Part shown: piece by piece, positions 30,501-39,453 of the stretch
Numbering within the stretch: position 1 is the stretch's first letter
How the letters are laid out: the number at the start of each line of letters is the position of its first letter
Assembly (NCBI GenBank): GCA_905203555.1
Contig: CAJKWK010000003.1
Location: 32,032-96,031, forward strand
Source of the DNA: an uncultured Lachnospiraceae bacterium
Lineage (GTDB): Bacteria > Bacillota > Clostridia > Lachnospirales > Lachnospiraceae
DNA length: 64,000 nucleotides
Direction of reading: 5' to 3'
Notes under the pieces: generated by a model
What the model saw: only the letters and a program-made list of their open reading frames with translations
The model's database searches: none
What the model was told of the DNA's origin: nothing
Made by a program: the position numbers and the translations under genes

Positions 30501-31505
30501 TTATTTATAATACTCTTCTACCGCATCAAAGAACGCCTGAATATTTTCTATCGGTGTCTGCGGTGGCATATCACATCCGCTGGAGATCACAAAGTTTGGA
30601 TATTTACTGCAGTTTTCTAATAATTTTAACGCCTCTTTCCGCACTTCCTCAGGTGTTCCGTTTCTCAAAACACCTGCCGGATCCAGATTGCCAACGACCA
30701 CTGCATCAGCTGGCAGTCCTTTTAATGTTGTCTCCATATCTACAGCATTTCCTACACTATATGATCCTACACCAATCTCCCGGATATTATCTAACAGCGG
30801 AATAATATTTCCACAATTATGATACATAATCATAAAATTCTCATCCTCTACTGCATCTCGAATTCTCTGCACATACGGAGTAGAAAATTCTTTGATCAAA
30901 CTCGGAGAGAGCAGCCCTGCTGCCGGCTCTGCAATTGCAATTCCGTTAGCTCCAGCTTCTTTAAACGCCAGCGAATACGCAATCAGAAATTCCGTTGCTT
31001 TCTCTAATACAGTCTCCACCAATTCCGGTTCTTCATAACAAAGAATCATTATTTCTGTCATATCCAGCAATCTACCTGCCAGGGAAAACGGTCCGATAAT
31101 CCCCGCAAGAACCGGTCTGTCTGTAATCCGCTGTGCTGCCTCCTTTATTCCCTTAATGCATTCTCCTGTACGTCCTGCTCCTACCTTCGGCACCTCCAGC
31201 TGATCGGCCTCTTCCTCATCATGAACCAATGCAGCCGTAACTGTTGGAACTTCATCTTCAAAATAGCTGACAGGACTTCCAAATGCTTCCGCTTCCACTG
31301 ACAAATCCATCAAACTAAACGCCGCACCTGTATTAAATTTTTTTGCAATTGCCTCCATACAGTCTGCCTGCAAACTTCCATTTCTCACCAGTTCCTCTAC
31401 CGTATGTCCAATCAGCTGAACTCCCGGAAAAGATAAAATCGGGGCTGCTTTTTTCCGCTCTGACTTGATGGTTTCAGCCACCCATTCTTTCATATTCATT
31501 TTCAT
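30501..31505 (-). CDS. uroporphyrinogen-decarboxylase-family methyltransferase (MtaA/MtbA-like methylcorrinoid:acceptor methyltransferase, MT2)
   Basis: 334-aa URO-D fold with candidate zinc ligands YHNCGN and SSGCDMPP, as in MtaA-type enzymes. SD GGAGGAA. Last gene of the M24-MFS-ThrE-sda string. Confidence 0.78.
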   Translation of the reverse strand: MKMNMKEWVAETIKSERKKAAPILSFPGVQLIGHTVEELVRNGSLQADCMEAIAKKFNTGAAFSLMDLSVEAEAFGSPVSYFEDEVPTVTAALVHDEEEADQLEVPKVGAGRTGECIKGIKEAAQRITDRPVLAGIIGPFSLAGRLLDMTEIMILCYEEPELVETVLEKATEFLIAYSLAFKEAGANGIAIAEPAAGLLSPSLIKEFSTPYVQRIRDAVEDENFMIMYHNCGNIIPLLDNIREIGVGSYSVGNAVDMETTLKGLPADAVVVGNLDPAGVLRNGTPEEVRKEALKLLENCSKYPNFVISSGCDMPPQTPIENIQAFFDAVEEYYK

Positions 31506-31602
31506 TCTCTGTTCCTCCTCGAATGGTTCATTTTTCTAAATCATAACATTTTTCCAAAATTATTCTTGTAGTAAATCTATTTTTTTTGTCATAATTTAAG
31601 AT

Positions 31603-33195
31603 TTAGCGGGCAGCATCTCGAATATCCTGCTCTTTCGCCAATTGCGCTCCACATGGAGTAATGCATAATCCACCCTTGCAGGTACATCGTAATTCCGAAG
31701 GAAGCTGTTTTCCTACTCGAAATAAAGTCTCAGCCGTCTGATCCAGTGGTATTAACGGATCAAATCCACCCATAATCATATTTGCAGATACAACCGCATT
31801 TGCTGCTGACATTGCATTTCTATTGATACATGGAATCTGCACCAACCCGGCTACCGGATCACAAATTGTCCCAAGAATATTCTGAACAGCACAAGATGCA
31901 GCCATACAGCACTGTTCCGGAGTTCCGCCCATCATATACACAAGCGCTCCCGCAGCCATTCCCGATGCCGCCCCCGGCTCCACCTGACATCCATATAATT
32001 CAGCCGAATAATTGCAATCTTTACTCATTACAATTCCTATTACAGAAGTTACAAACATCGCTTTTACTTTTTCTTCCATAGAGAGCCCCAGATGATTTGC
32101 TGTTCCAAGAACAGCTCCCGGAAAGATTCCCGCCGAACCGCCTGTAGGAGCACAAAGTACAACGCCCATAGCACTGCTGTATTCCATTGTAGCCATGGCC
32201 CATGGAACTGCCGTATTCAACACACCCATGTCCAACGCTTTTGTATTCTTCTTTATATACTGTTCCACTTTTCCCGCTGTTGGCTCAATGATGCCAGACA
32301 TATCAATTTCACCTTTTAATGCCTCTTTGGAACTATGTTCCATAGTCTCAACTACACCTTCCATGTACTTCCAAACTGCTTCATAGTCCCAACCACTTCG
32401 AGCCATTTCATATGCGATCCCAAGTTCCCATAATTCTTTTCCGTTTTCTTTTGAAACCTTCAGCATTTCTTCCGCACTTACAAACGGAATTTTTGCATGC
32501 CGATTGGATGGAACAGCTAATACCGGTTTTACATATCTTACTTCTTCTACATGTTCCATTTCTTTCACTTTTTCCAAAAATTCTTTCGGTACTTCCATAC
32601 GTTGCTTTAAATTAATCAAACATTTTCCTTCAAAACTTGAAATAGCATTTCCTTCATCCTCCGGAAGCCTTGCCTGCAATTGTTCCATAAACTGCTCTGC
32701 ATCCCTTTCCGAATAATCCGTAAAAATAAGAACCTCATAGCAATCTCCTACAATCGTAATCGGATATCCATCTACTTGTAACAATTTAACTGTTCCGCCT
32801 CCAGTAGAATCCGAATGCACCTCCACCACTTTTCCTTCTGTATTTTCAAGGATTAAATGAGAAATATTGGGTACAGTCGGCGGGAAATCCTCGATTACAA
32901 ATTCTACTTCTATTCCAGCCGCCTTCGCATCTGAAAATGAATTTCTCAATGCAGGGTCTTCCGGTCTTCTTCCCAGCAAACCATTGACATAGCCCATATC
33001 AGACCTCTGTCCCTTATACATTAACGTATACGCCCCTTCTTTTGCAAACGCGATTGTCGCCTTTTTTAACGCCCCTGGCAACAACTGTTGTGCCAGATAG
33101 CCAATGCGAGAAGGACCGCAAGTATGAGAACTGGATGGTCCAATCATAACCGGTCCTACAATATCATTAAATACGCTTGGATTTTGTCTTTTCAT
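31603..33195 (-). CDS. sdaA: L-serine ammonia-lyase, iron-sulfur dependent, single-chain (beta-alpha fused)
   Basis: N-terminal SdaAB-like SVFNDIVGPVMIGPSSSHTCGPSRIG and GGGTVKLLQVDGYPI, followed by an SdaAA-like C-terminus (CAPTGGSAGIFPGAVLG...CDPVAGLVQIPCINRNA). The 530-aa length is consistent with a fusion. Confidence 0.85.
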   Translation of the reverse strand: MKRQNPSVFNDIVGPVMIGPSSSHTCGPSRIGYLAQQLLPGALKKATIAFAKEGAYTLMYKGQRSDMGYVNGLLGRRPEDPALRNSFSDAKAAGIEVEFVIEDFPPTVPNISHLILENTEGKVVEVHSDSTGGGTVKLLQVDGYPITIVGDCYEVLIFTDYSERDAEQFMEQLQARLPEDEGNAISSFEGKCLINLKQRMEVPKEFLEKVKEMEHVEEVRYVKPVLAVPSNRHAKIPFVSAEEMLKVSKENGKELWELGIAYEMARSGWDYEAVWKYMEGVVETMEHSSKEALKGEIDMSGIIEPTAGKVEQYIKKNTKALDMGVLNTAVPWAMATMEYSSAMGVVLCAPTGGSAGIFPGAVLGTANHLGLSMEEKVKAMFVTSVIGIVMSKDCNYSAELYGCQVEPGAASGMAAGALVYMMGGTPEQCCMAASCAVQNILGTICDPVAGLVQIPCINRNAMSAANAVVSANMIMGGFDPLIPLDQTAETLFRVGKQLPSELRCTCKGGLCITPCGAQLAKEQDIRDAAR

Positions 33196-33662
33196 AGTTT
33201 CTCTCCTCGTTTTCTATTAAAATCACATATTTTTGAAATTGCACTTGACGGAATCTCAAAGGTAAATAAAATTCCCAAAACAATAGCTACCGCAATCCCC
33301 AGTGTATGTCTTCCATACCCCGAACATTGAAATATATTTCCTTCTATTAAATAATAAATAGTCCAATATATCCCTACTCCGGGGACAAGCGGAAAAATTC
33401 CAGACAATAAAAATACCGTAACAGGACATTTTACACTTGTACTGCAGATTCTGGAGCATAACACAACAAATACTGTCGCACACAACGTACTTATATAAGA
33501 AGAAACATTTGTTGCATTTGTTAACAGCCAGCAGATCCCCCATCCCAGACCGCCTATCACACCACAGTGCAAATAATATTTATGCGGAACCTGAAAAATA
33601 GAAGAAAAAGCAATTGTACCCAGAAATGCAGCAAAAAATTGAGATAATAACGATATAACCAT
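33192..33662 (-). CDS. threonine/serine exporter (ThrE) family protein, small subunit (second copy)
   Basis: The ATG at 33662 has SD GGAGGAAG; the track start at 33710 is a TTG inside the upstream gene. Motif LSGIFPLVPGVGIYWTIYY parallels the 3220-3654 paralog. Its stop overlaps the sdaA start. Confidence 0.72.
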   Translation of the reverse strand: MVISLLSQFFAAFLGTIAFSSIFQVPHKYYLHCGVIGGLGWGICWLLTNATNVSSYISTLCATVFVVLCSRICSTSVKCPVTVFLLSGIFPLVPGVGIYWTIYYLIEGNIFQCSGYGRHTLGIAVAIVLGILFTFEIPSSAISKICDFNRKRGEKL

Positions 33663-33678
33663 GCATCTTCCTCCGTTT

Positions 33679-34437
33679 TTATAACAAATAAATCGCAATA
33701 CCAACTCCAATTGCCAGTCCGCTAGTAATTAAAAGCGTATCCAGAAACCGGACCCAGCCCGCAATATAATTTGAATTAGCCAGTTCTCTGACTGCTGTTA
33801 CAAATGAAACGCCCGGTAAATAAGGCATAATCCCTCCCAGAATAATACTATTTACATCATCTCCTATTCCCAACTTAAAAATGATCAACCCTGCGCCTGC
33901 AGCAACAAAACCTGCCATTATATTCCTTATGATTTTAGATGGAATTTCTTTTCTTGTTTCAAAGAAACAAGTCAAACAATATAAAAACACTCCCGAAAGA
34001 AATGCTGCGCCGGAATCATATAAGTTTCCTCCAAATGTATAACAAAAACAAGCAGCTCCAAGACCATATGCCAGCATAGTTTCCAGCACGCTCTTGTTCC
34101 CGAGTTTTTCTATGTACTTTAACTCTTCCAGCGCATCTTCTACAGCATATTCTCCCTGCTCGATCCTTCTGGACAATTCATTGACCTTTGTTATTTTTTC
34201 CATATGCACACCTGAAAATGGAATATGAGACACCTTTGCATACATCTCAAACCGCTCATTTTCCGATGTAAAGAAAATCCCATTACTTAAAACAAAGATC
34301 CCATTCTCAATCAATCCATAGTATTGTAAAATTCTCTGCATTGTTTCTTCTACGCGATAGATTTCTGCTCCACTTGATAAGAGGATACTGCCAGCTCTCA
34401 TGGCAGTATCCAATATATTTTTTTCATATTCTTTCAT
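33679..34437 (-). CDS. threonine/serine exporter (ThrE) family protein, large subunit (second copy)
   Basis: LDTAMRAGSILLSSGAEIYRVEETMQRIL signature, shared with the 3651-4424 paralog. C-terminal TM segments carry GIMPYLPGVSF. Confidence 0.72.
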   Translation of the reverse strand: MKEYEKNILDTAMRAGSILLSSGAEIYRVEETMQRILQYYGLIENGIFVLSNGIFFTSENERFEMYAKVSHIPFSGVHMEKITKVNELSRRIEQGEYAVEDALEELKYIEKLGNKSVLETMLAYGLGAACFCYTFGGNLYDSGAAFLSGVFLYCLTCFFETRKEIPSKIIRNIMAGFVAAGAGLIIFKLGIGDDVNSIILGGIMPYLPGVSFVTAVRELANSNYIAGWVRFLDTLLITSGLAIGVGIAIYLL

Positions 34438-34445
34438 TCAATTCT

Positions 34446-35735
34446 TTATTTTTTCTTTTTTGACTCCTGAATCAGTTTTCTTTTTTCTTTTGTTACTCCC
34501 ATCCATGCAACACTGGCAAGTAAACCTACGACAGCCATCACGCAGAGCACACCAAAGAATACCTTATATCCCGTAGCTCCTGCCCATTTATCCAGACAAA
34601 CGCCTGCGATCAACGGCATGAAAAATTCAGCACTGTAACCAAGAGGTGTAATAATCGCTGTTGCTGTACCTGTAATCTCCAACGGATATTCTCCTTCTTC
34701 CATAATCGCAAAATGCATGGATTGAATTGCATACATAGATACATAAATTGCTGCAATAAACACTAGCAGCATCCAAAGCATGGACGGCTGTCCCGGTGTA
34801 AAGATAACTCCTGCAATTCCGGCAATCATAATCCCAAACGAAACTGCCGCAACTTTAGAGGAACCTATTTTATCTGCGATCACACCTGATGCGAAACATC
34901 CCACCGGGCGGCAATACTGTGAAAAATATCCCAATGCAGCAGCAATAACAGCAGACATTCCAAATACGCTGGTAGCATACGGAGTAATATAGAAATAACT
35001 GATGATCATTCCGTAAGAACAGAAAATAATTACAATCTGCAGCCAGGTTGTCGGCATTTTTGCAACACGTTTTAAAATTGCTTTATTGAAAAGTTTCTTG
35101 TCTTTTTCCTCTTTTTCGCCGTCGCTCTCCGGCTCCTTAAACATAAAGAATACCAAGATACCAAGTAATACATTAATCAATGAGTATACAATAATAATTG
35201 CAGACAATGCAGTCTGATCAGAATATACTTTTGCAAGATATCCAAACATTGCAAGAATCAATGCAGACTGAACCATATTGACAACCCCACGTCCACCTTC
35301 AAAGAAACCAAACGCTTTTCCCTGCTCATCTGAATTTGCAAGAGAACGTATCGCCTTTACCAAAGCACTCCAAAATGTAAGAATAGAGGTAATTCCCCAG
35401 ACACAATGAATTAGCATGACAACCGGATATGGCGGGAATAACAGCAATACAAAGCCCAAAACTCCCGTTGTAATAAGTGAAATTGTCATCAGATATCTTG
35501 CCGGCCAGCGGTCTGCACAAAATCCACCTAATGCATATGCAATAATACTGAAACCTCCATATGCGCTCCCAAGCGCTCCCATCTGCGTATTTGTAATCCC
35601 AAAACTAGCAACAAATGCATCATAATAATAATTTCTGAAGTATGGCAATGCATAAATCATTGCTCCTGACAAAACCAAGATAATCAAAGTTGGCATATTT
35701 TTCTTTAATTTACTTCCTGTATTCTTTTCGCTCAT
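34446..35735 (-). CDS. MFS transporter
   Basis: 429 aa with about 12 predicted hydrophobic segments, a central charged loop (EPESDGEKEEKDKK) and an MFS-like motif GGFCADRWPAR after TM2. SD AGGAGAG. Confidence 0.8.
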   Translation of the reverse strand: MSEKNTGSKLKKNMPTLIILVLSGAMIYALPYFRNYYYDAFVASFGITNTQMGALGSAYGGFSIIAYALGGFCADRWPARYLMTISLITTGVLGFVLLLFPPYPVVMLIHCVWGITSILTFWSALVKAIRSLANSDEQGKAFGFFEGGRGVVNMVQSALILAMFGYLAKVYSDQTALSAIIIVYSLINVLLGILVFFMFKEPESDGEKEEKDKKLFNKAILKRVAKMPTTWLQIVIIFCSYGMIISYFYITPYATSVFGMSAVIAAALGYFSQYCRPVGCFASGVIADKIGSSKVAAVSFGIMIAGIAGVIFTPGQPSMLWMLLVFIAAIYVSMYAIQSMHFAIMEEGEYPLEITGTATAIITPLGYSAEFFMPLIAGVCLDKWAGATGYKVFFGVLCVMAVVGLLASVAWMGVTKEKRKLIQESKKKK

Positions 35736-35771
35736 AACAACTCTCCTACACTTCCTAATTTGTACTTTTCA

Positions 35772-36872
35772 TTATCTGATCGGAACAATGCTGTCTTCTA
35801 ATTTTTTACTTCTGTGTGTCAATGTTACACACCCATCTTCTGTTACCAAAATATCGTCTTCCAGACGAACTCCGCCGATTCCCTGCAGATAAATTCCCGG
35901 CTCGATCGTAAAAGTCATGCCTTCTTCCAGTACCAGTTCATTTACCGACGTAATATACGGTTCCTCATGTACACTTAAACCAAGTCCATGACCTGTTCTA
36001 TGTAAGAAAAACTCGCCATATCCTGCTTCTGTAATATAATCTCTTGCTGCTTTATCAATTTCTTTTGCCTTCACTCCCGGTCTTACTTTTGAAATCGCAG
36101 TTAAATTAGCGTGAAGCACGATATTATATATTTCTTCCAGTTTTGGATTACCAACATGCCCAACAAACAGACACCGGGTTGTATCTGACCAATATCCTTT
36201 GTAATAGGCACAGAAATCCATTAAAATAATATCGCCTTCTTTAAATCCATAGTCTCCGCTTGCTCCATGCGGATTTGCAGAGTTGTCTGCCGCCTGAACC
36301 AGGATAATAATTTCCTCTGTACTAAATCCCGGATACTGAGACATGTAATTTAAAAGCATCATATTCAGTTCACTTTCCGTCATTCCAGGCTTAATCTTGT
36401 CAAATACATAGTCAACTGCTTTATCAACAATTTCAGCCGCCGTCTGCATTGCCTCAATTTCTTTAGCATCTTTATACATACGCAGTCTGGAAATGCTATC
36501 TCCGATATCACATACTTCGCATGGAAGTGAAGTGAAAATATCCCCAATCATCATATTAAAATATTTCTTCTCTACTGCCAGCTTACCACATTCTCCAATT
36601 ACTTCTTCGATCAGTGCTGCCGGACCATTTTCATCCAAATATGTCTTTTCCGGAACAACGCCTTTCATACAATCCGTATCAACACTTGGAACCATCATTA
36701 CAAAAGTTTCTTTCTCTGCATCTGCAACCAACGCATAAAAACGTTCGTATGGTGTAATGTGGATTCCAGTAAGATAATCAACAGACATCGGATCACCAAT
36801 GACTGCTTTATCAAATCCGTTTTCTCTTAATAATCTGCATGCTTTTAACTGTCTTTCTCGAATTAAATCCAT
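35772..36872 (-). CDS. M24B-family metallopeptidase (Xaa-Pro dipeptidase / aminopeptidase P-like hydrolase)
   Basis: Creatinase/prolidase N-domain plus a pita-bread domain. Metal ligands look intact: DFCAYYKGYWSD, HRTGHGLGLSVHE, TIEPG and VRLED. Confidence 0.85.
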   Translation of the reverse strand: MDLIRERQLKACRLLRENGFDKAVIGDPMSVDYLTGIHITPYERFYALVADAEKETFVMMVPSVDTDCMKGVVPEKTYLDENGPAALIEEVIGECGKLAVEKKYFNMMIGDIFTSLPCEVCDIGDSISRLRMYKDAKEIEAMQTAAEIVDKAVDYVFDKIKPGMTESELNMMLLNYMSQYPGFSTEEIIILVQAADNSANPHGASGDYGFKEGDIILMDFCAYYKGYWSDTTRCLFVGHVGNPKLEEIYNIVLHANLTAISKVRPGVKAKEIDKAARDYITEAGYGEFFLHRTGHGLGLSVHEEPYITSVNELVLEEGMTFTIEPGIYLQGIGGVRLEDDILVTEDGCVTLTHRSKKLEDSIVPIR

Positions 36873-36907
36873 TTTAAATTCTCTCCTTATGAAATTATAT
36901 TATTTTT

Positions 36908-36923
36908 TTCACGTTTATGATTT
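36908..36923. promoter_or_regulatory. 16-bp motif TTCACGTTTATGATTT, copy 1 (candidate regulator-binding site upstream of the M24 operon)
   Basis: Exact 16/16 match to 37917-37932. Lies 36-51 nt upstream of the M24 ATG, between a TTGACT(-35)-like box and the SD. Confidence 0.45.
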
Positions 36924-37013
36924 ATTTAAACAATAACATGGTTTTTGTAAATAGTCAACCATATTCCTTCACACAAAATCTTATTTTTATGAAATTTGCA
37001 CATTTTTGACAAT

Positions 37014-37054
37014 AAAAAAAATCGGACTTCCTATTATAAGTAGAATCGTCCGAT
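37014..37054 (-). terminator. intrinsic terminator after the XRE-cupin regulator gene
   Basis: Minus strand reads ATCGGACgattctacttataataggaaGTCCGAT followed by TTTTTTTT. Confidence 0.6.
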
Positions 37055-37082
37055 TTGTATATTTTCACATATATGATATTAT

Positions 37083-37670
37083 TTACTCTTCTTCATCTTC
37101 TTCACTAGAGAATTCCTCTTTGTTGATCCGCGTCCAATGCGATACAGACGCTTGATCCGTACTCTTATTAAAAAAGCTGTGTTTTGTATTTGCCTTTACA
37201 AAAATACTATCACCTTCTTGAAGGTCAATCTCCTCATTTTCCAATAAGACTGTCAGTTGACCGCTCAGCACAGTTCCTACCTCGTCAAATTCATGGGTCC
37301 AGCGCTCTTCTCTCGTATCAGACATCGGCTCCAAATGCACAAATAAAAAAGAAACCTGTTCAATCCCAAAGTCTACGATATCAATTTTCATATCTGATTG
37401 ATTATCCAGATAACTCTCGCGTTCTTCTTTTTTGATCACTATTCGTTCCTGTGCGTTTCGTTCGATAAGGTCTCCTAGAGATGTATTAAAAACCTCACAT
37501 ATTTTCTGCAGATTCATCAATGTAGGACTTGTAATATTTCTTTCTATATTACTCAAATAACCCGTTGAAAGTCCTGTTTCACTCGCCATCTGCTGCAATG
37601 TAATTTTATTTGCCTTTCTAAGACTCCTGATACTTCTTCCTATTTTGTCAAGATTCCCCATACTGTTCAC
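37083..37670 (-). CDS. XRE-family HTH + cupin-domain transcriptional regulator
   Basis: HTH_3 (IRSLRKANKITLQQMASETGLSTGYLSNIERN) and a C-terminal cupin (GTVLSGQLTVLLENEEIDLQEGDSIFVKANTKHSF). The start may instead be the ATG at 37661. Confidence 0.85.
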   Translation of the reverse strand: MNSMGNLDKIGRSIRSLRKANKITLQQMASETGLSTGYLSNIERNITSPTLMNLQKICEVFNTSLGDLIERNAQERIVIKKEERESYLDNQSDMKIDIVDFGIEQVSFLFVHLEPMSDTREERWTHEFDEVGTVLSGQLTVLLENEEIDLQEGDSIFVKANTKHSFFNKSTDQASVSHWTRINKEEFSSEEDEEE

Positions 37671-37868
37671 TTCTTTCTTTATTCTTTTCTATTTCAACAT
37701 TTTCATATGTTTTTTTCCTATACTATAATTTTATTTAAAATTTCAAGATGAAAAACATATTTCTCTTCTATTATACACGATTTTTTTGCATTTTCCAGCT
37801 TTTTCGCCTTAAAAATATTTCGTTATTTTTTATTTAAATGAAATTATATATATTTTTTCACAAATGTA

Positions 37869-37897
37869 TTGACTTTTAATATTCTCCGATATATGAT
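37869..37897 (+). promoter_or_regulatory. candidate sigma-A promoter of the MttB-family gene
   Basis: TTGACT (37869-74), 17-nt spacer, TATGAT (37892-97), about 60 nt upstream of the ATG at 37958. Confidence 0.55.
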
Positions 37898-37916
37898 GGG
37901 TATAACAAAGCAATAC

Positions 37917-37932
37917 TTCACGTTTATGATTT
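37917..37932. promoter_or_regulatory. 16-bp motif TTCACGTTTATGATTT, copy 2 (in the 5' leader of the MttB-family gene)
   Basis: Exact repeat of 36908-36923. Lies between the predicted -10 box and the SD GGAGG of the gene at 37958. Confidence 0.45.
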
Positions 37933-37957
37933 TAATATTTTATCTTGGAGGATTCTT

Positions 37958-39391
37958 ATGTATATTCCACAGCTTAGTTATGCAAATCAGGAACAACTTG
38001 AATTTCTTCACCAGTATAGTGTTGATATTCTTTGCAAGATTGGTATGAAAGTTGAAGATCCTGAGATTCGAAAAGCATTATGCGAACACAATTGTACAGA
38101 AAAGGGTGAGCGCATCTTATTCAGCGAATCTCTAATCGAAAAAACCATTCAAAATTTAAAGCAAACACTTACGTTTACCTGTCACGCATCCGGTAAAAAA
38201 ACAATTGCTGAACTTTATAAAACAATCACACACAGCACCGGTGGTGCGCCATGGATTTTAGATCCCATACATAAAACAAAACGAAACGGTATGTTGACTG
38301 ATCTGGTTGATACCATTCGGGTTATGAACCAACTGCCGGAACTGGACATCCCTTGTGCCTTATTATATCCGTCAGATGTTCCGGCTGAGATCACACAACT
38401 CAAGCAGACAGCTACCATGTTCCAATATTCCAGAAAACCAATCTATGGTCCTGGAGTATCCATGGCAAACAATGCGAAATATATTGCAGAACTTTTTAAA
38501 GTATATGGAGGCGGTGCAGATGAACTGACTGAAAATCCTATTGGTATGGTTGGTATTTCTCCGGAATCTCCTTTATTCTTGCCAAAAGAAATTACAGATA
38601 CTATGAAATATATCATTGGCGCCGGAATCCCTACCAGCGTACTTTCTGCTCCGATGGGCGGTCTTACATCCCCATTATCCGTAGCTGGTACTGTCACTCA
38701 GGCTCATGCAGAAATTCTTGGATTTGCCTGTGTTGCATATTTGATCAATCCAAACTGTACTTTATTCTATGGATCCAGAACATTTTTTGCAAACATGAAG
38801 AACGCACAGAGTATATTGGGCCTTCCTGAAACCGGTATCTCCAGTACACTTTGTGTTCAATTAGCAAATAGGATTGGTTTTATGACAGATATTTATGGTA
38901 TGACTACCACCTCTTGTGCAATGGATGAACAGGCAGCTTATGAAAAAATGCTGAATGGAATTCTTCCTGGTATGGCACATGGTACGATTATTACTGGTTT
39001 TGGATGTCTTGCAAGTAACATGGCTTGTTCACTGGGACAGCTTGTATTGGATAACGAAATGATGGCAATCATCCGAAAAGCACAGCGTGCCATGGAATAT
39101 ACACCTGAAGAAATGGGATTGGAAGCATTGGAAGCAGTCATCAATGATGAGGAAACATTCCTGGTTCAGGATCACACACTGGACCACCTGTATGATGAAG
39201 TATTTCAGCCTGAAATTGGATTTGACAGTGTCTGGGCTGACTGGTCCGCACGCGGCGAAATACCATTAAACGTTCGAGCTGAAGAACGTGCACGAGAACT
39301 CATTCAGAAGGACGGCGATTTTGAAGCTCCCGCCGAATTGATTGCAGAAGCAGAAAAAATTCTGAACTTTGCAGAAAAAGAGCTTATGTGA
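37958..39391 (+). CDS. MttB-superfamily (trimethylamine methyltransferase family) substrate:corrinoid methyltransferase, non-pyrrolysine type
   Basis: 477-aa uninterrupted ORF with no in-frame TAG. Family-like segments are GISPESPL, SAPMGGLTSPLSVAGTVTQAHAEIL and LDNEMMAIIRKA. SD GGAGG. Neighbours are a corrinoid protein and an activator. Confidence 0.82.
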   Translation: MYIPQLSYANQEQLEFLHQYSVDILCKIGMKVEDPEIRKALCEHNCTEKGERILFSESLIEKTIQNLKQTLTFTCHASGKKTIAELYKTITHSTGGAPWILDPIHKTKRNGMLTDLVDTIRVMNQLPELDIPCALLYPSDVPAEITQLKQTATMFQYSRKPIYGPGVSMANNAKYIAELFKVYGGGADELTENPIGMVGISPESPLFLPKEITDTMKYIIGAGIPTSVLSAPMGGLTSPLSVAGTVTQAHAEILGFACVAYLINPNCTLFYGSRTFFANMKNAQSILGLPETGISSTLCVQLANRIGFMTDIYGMTTTSCAMDEQAAYEKMLNGILPGMAHGTIITGFGCLASNMACSLGQLVLDNEMMAIIRKAQRAMEYTPEEMGLEALEAVINDEETFLVQDHTLDHLYDEVFQPEIGFDSVWADWSARGEIPLNVRAEERARELIQKDGDFEAPAELIAEAEKILNFAEKELM

Positions 39392-39406
39392 AACCTTTAA
39401 AACTAG

Positions 39407-39451
39407 TAAAAGAAAACGAGGCGATGATCAAAAACCGCCTCGTTTTCTTTT
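39407..39451. terminator. bidirectional terminator between the convergent MttB-family and activator genes
   Basis: AAAAGAAAACGAGGCGatgatcaaaaacCGCCTCGTTTTCTTTT. Confidence 0.75.
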
Positions 39452-39453
39452 AC

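Noticed and set aside
37958-39391. In-frame amber (pyrrolysine) codon in the MttB-family gene.
   Set aside because: The ORF is continuous for 477 codons with no internal TAG, and no pyl genes are visible in the window. It is therefore a non-Pyl family member.
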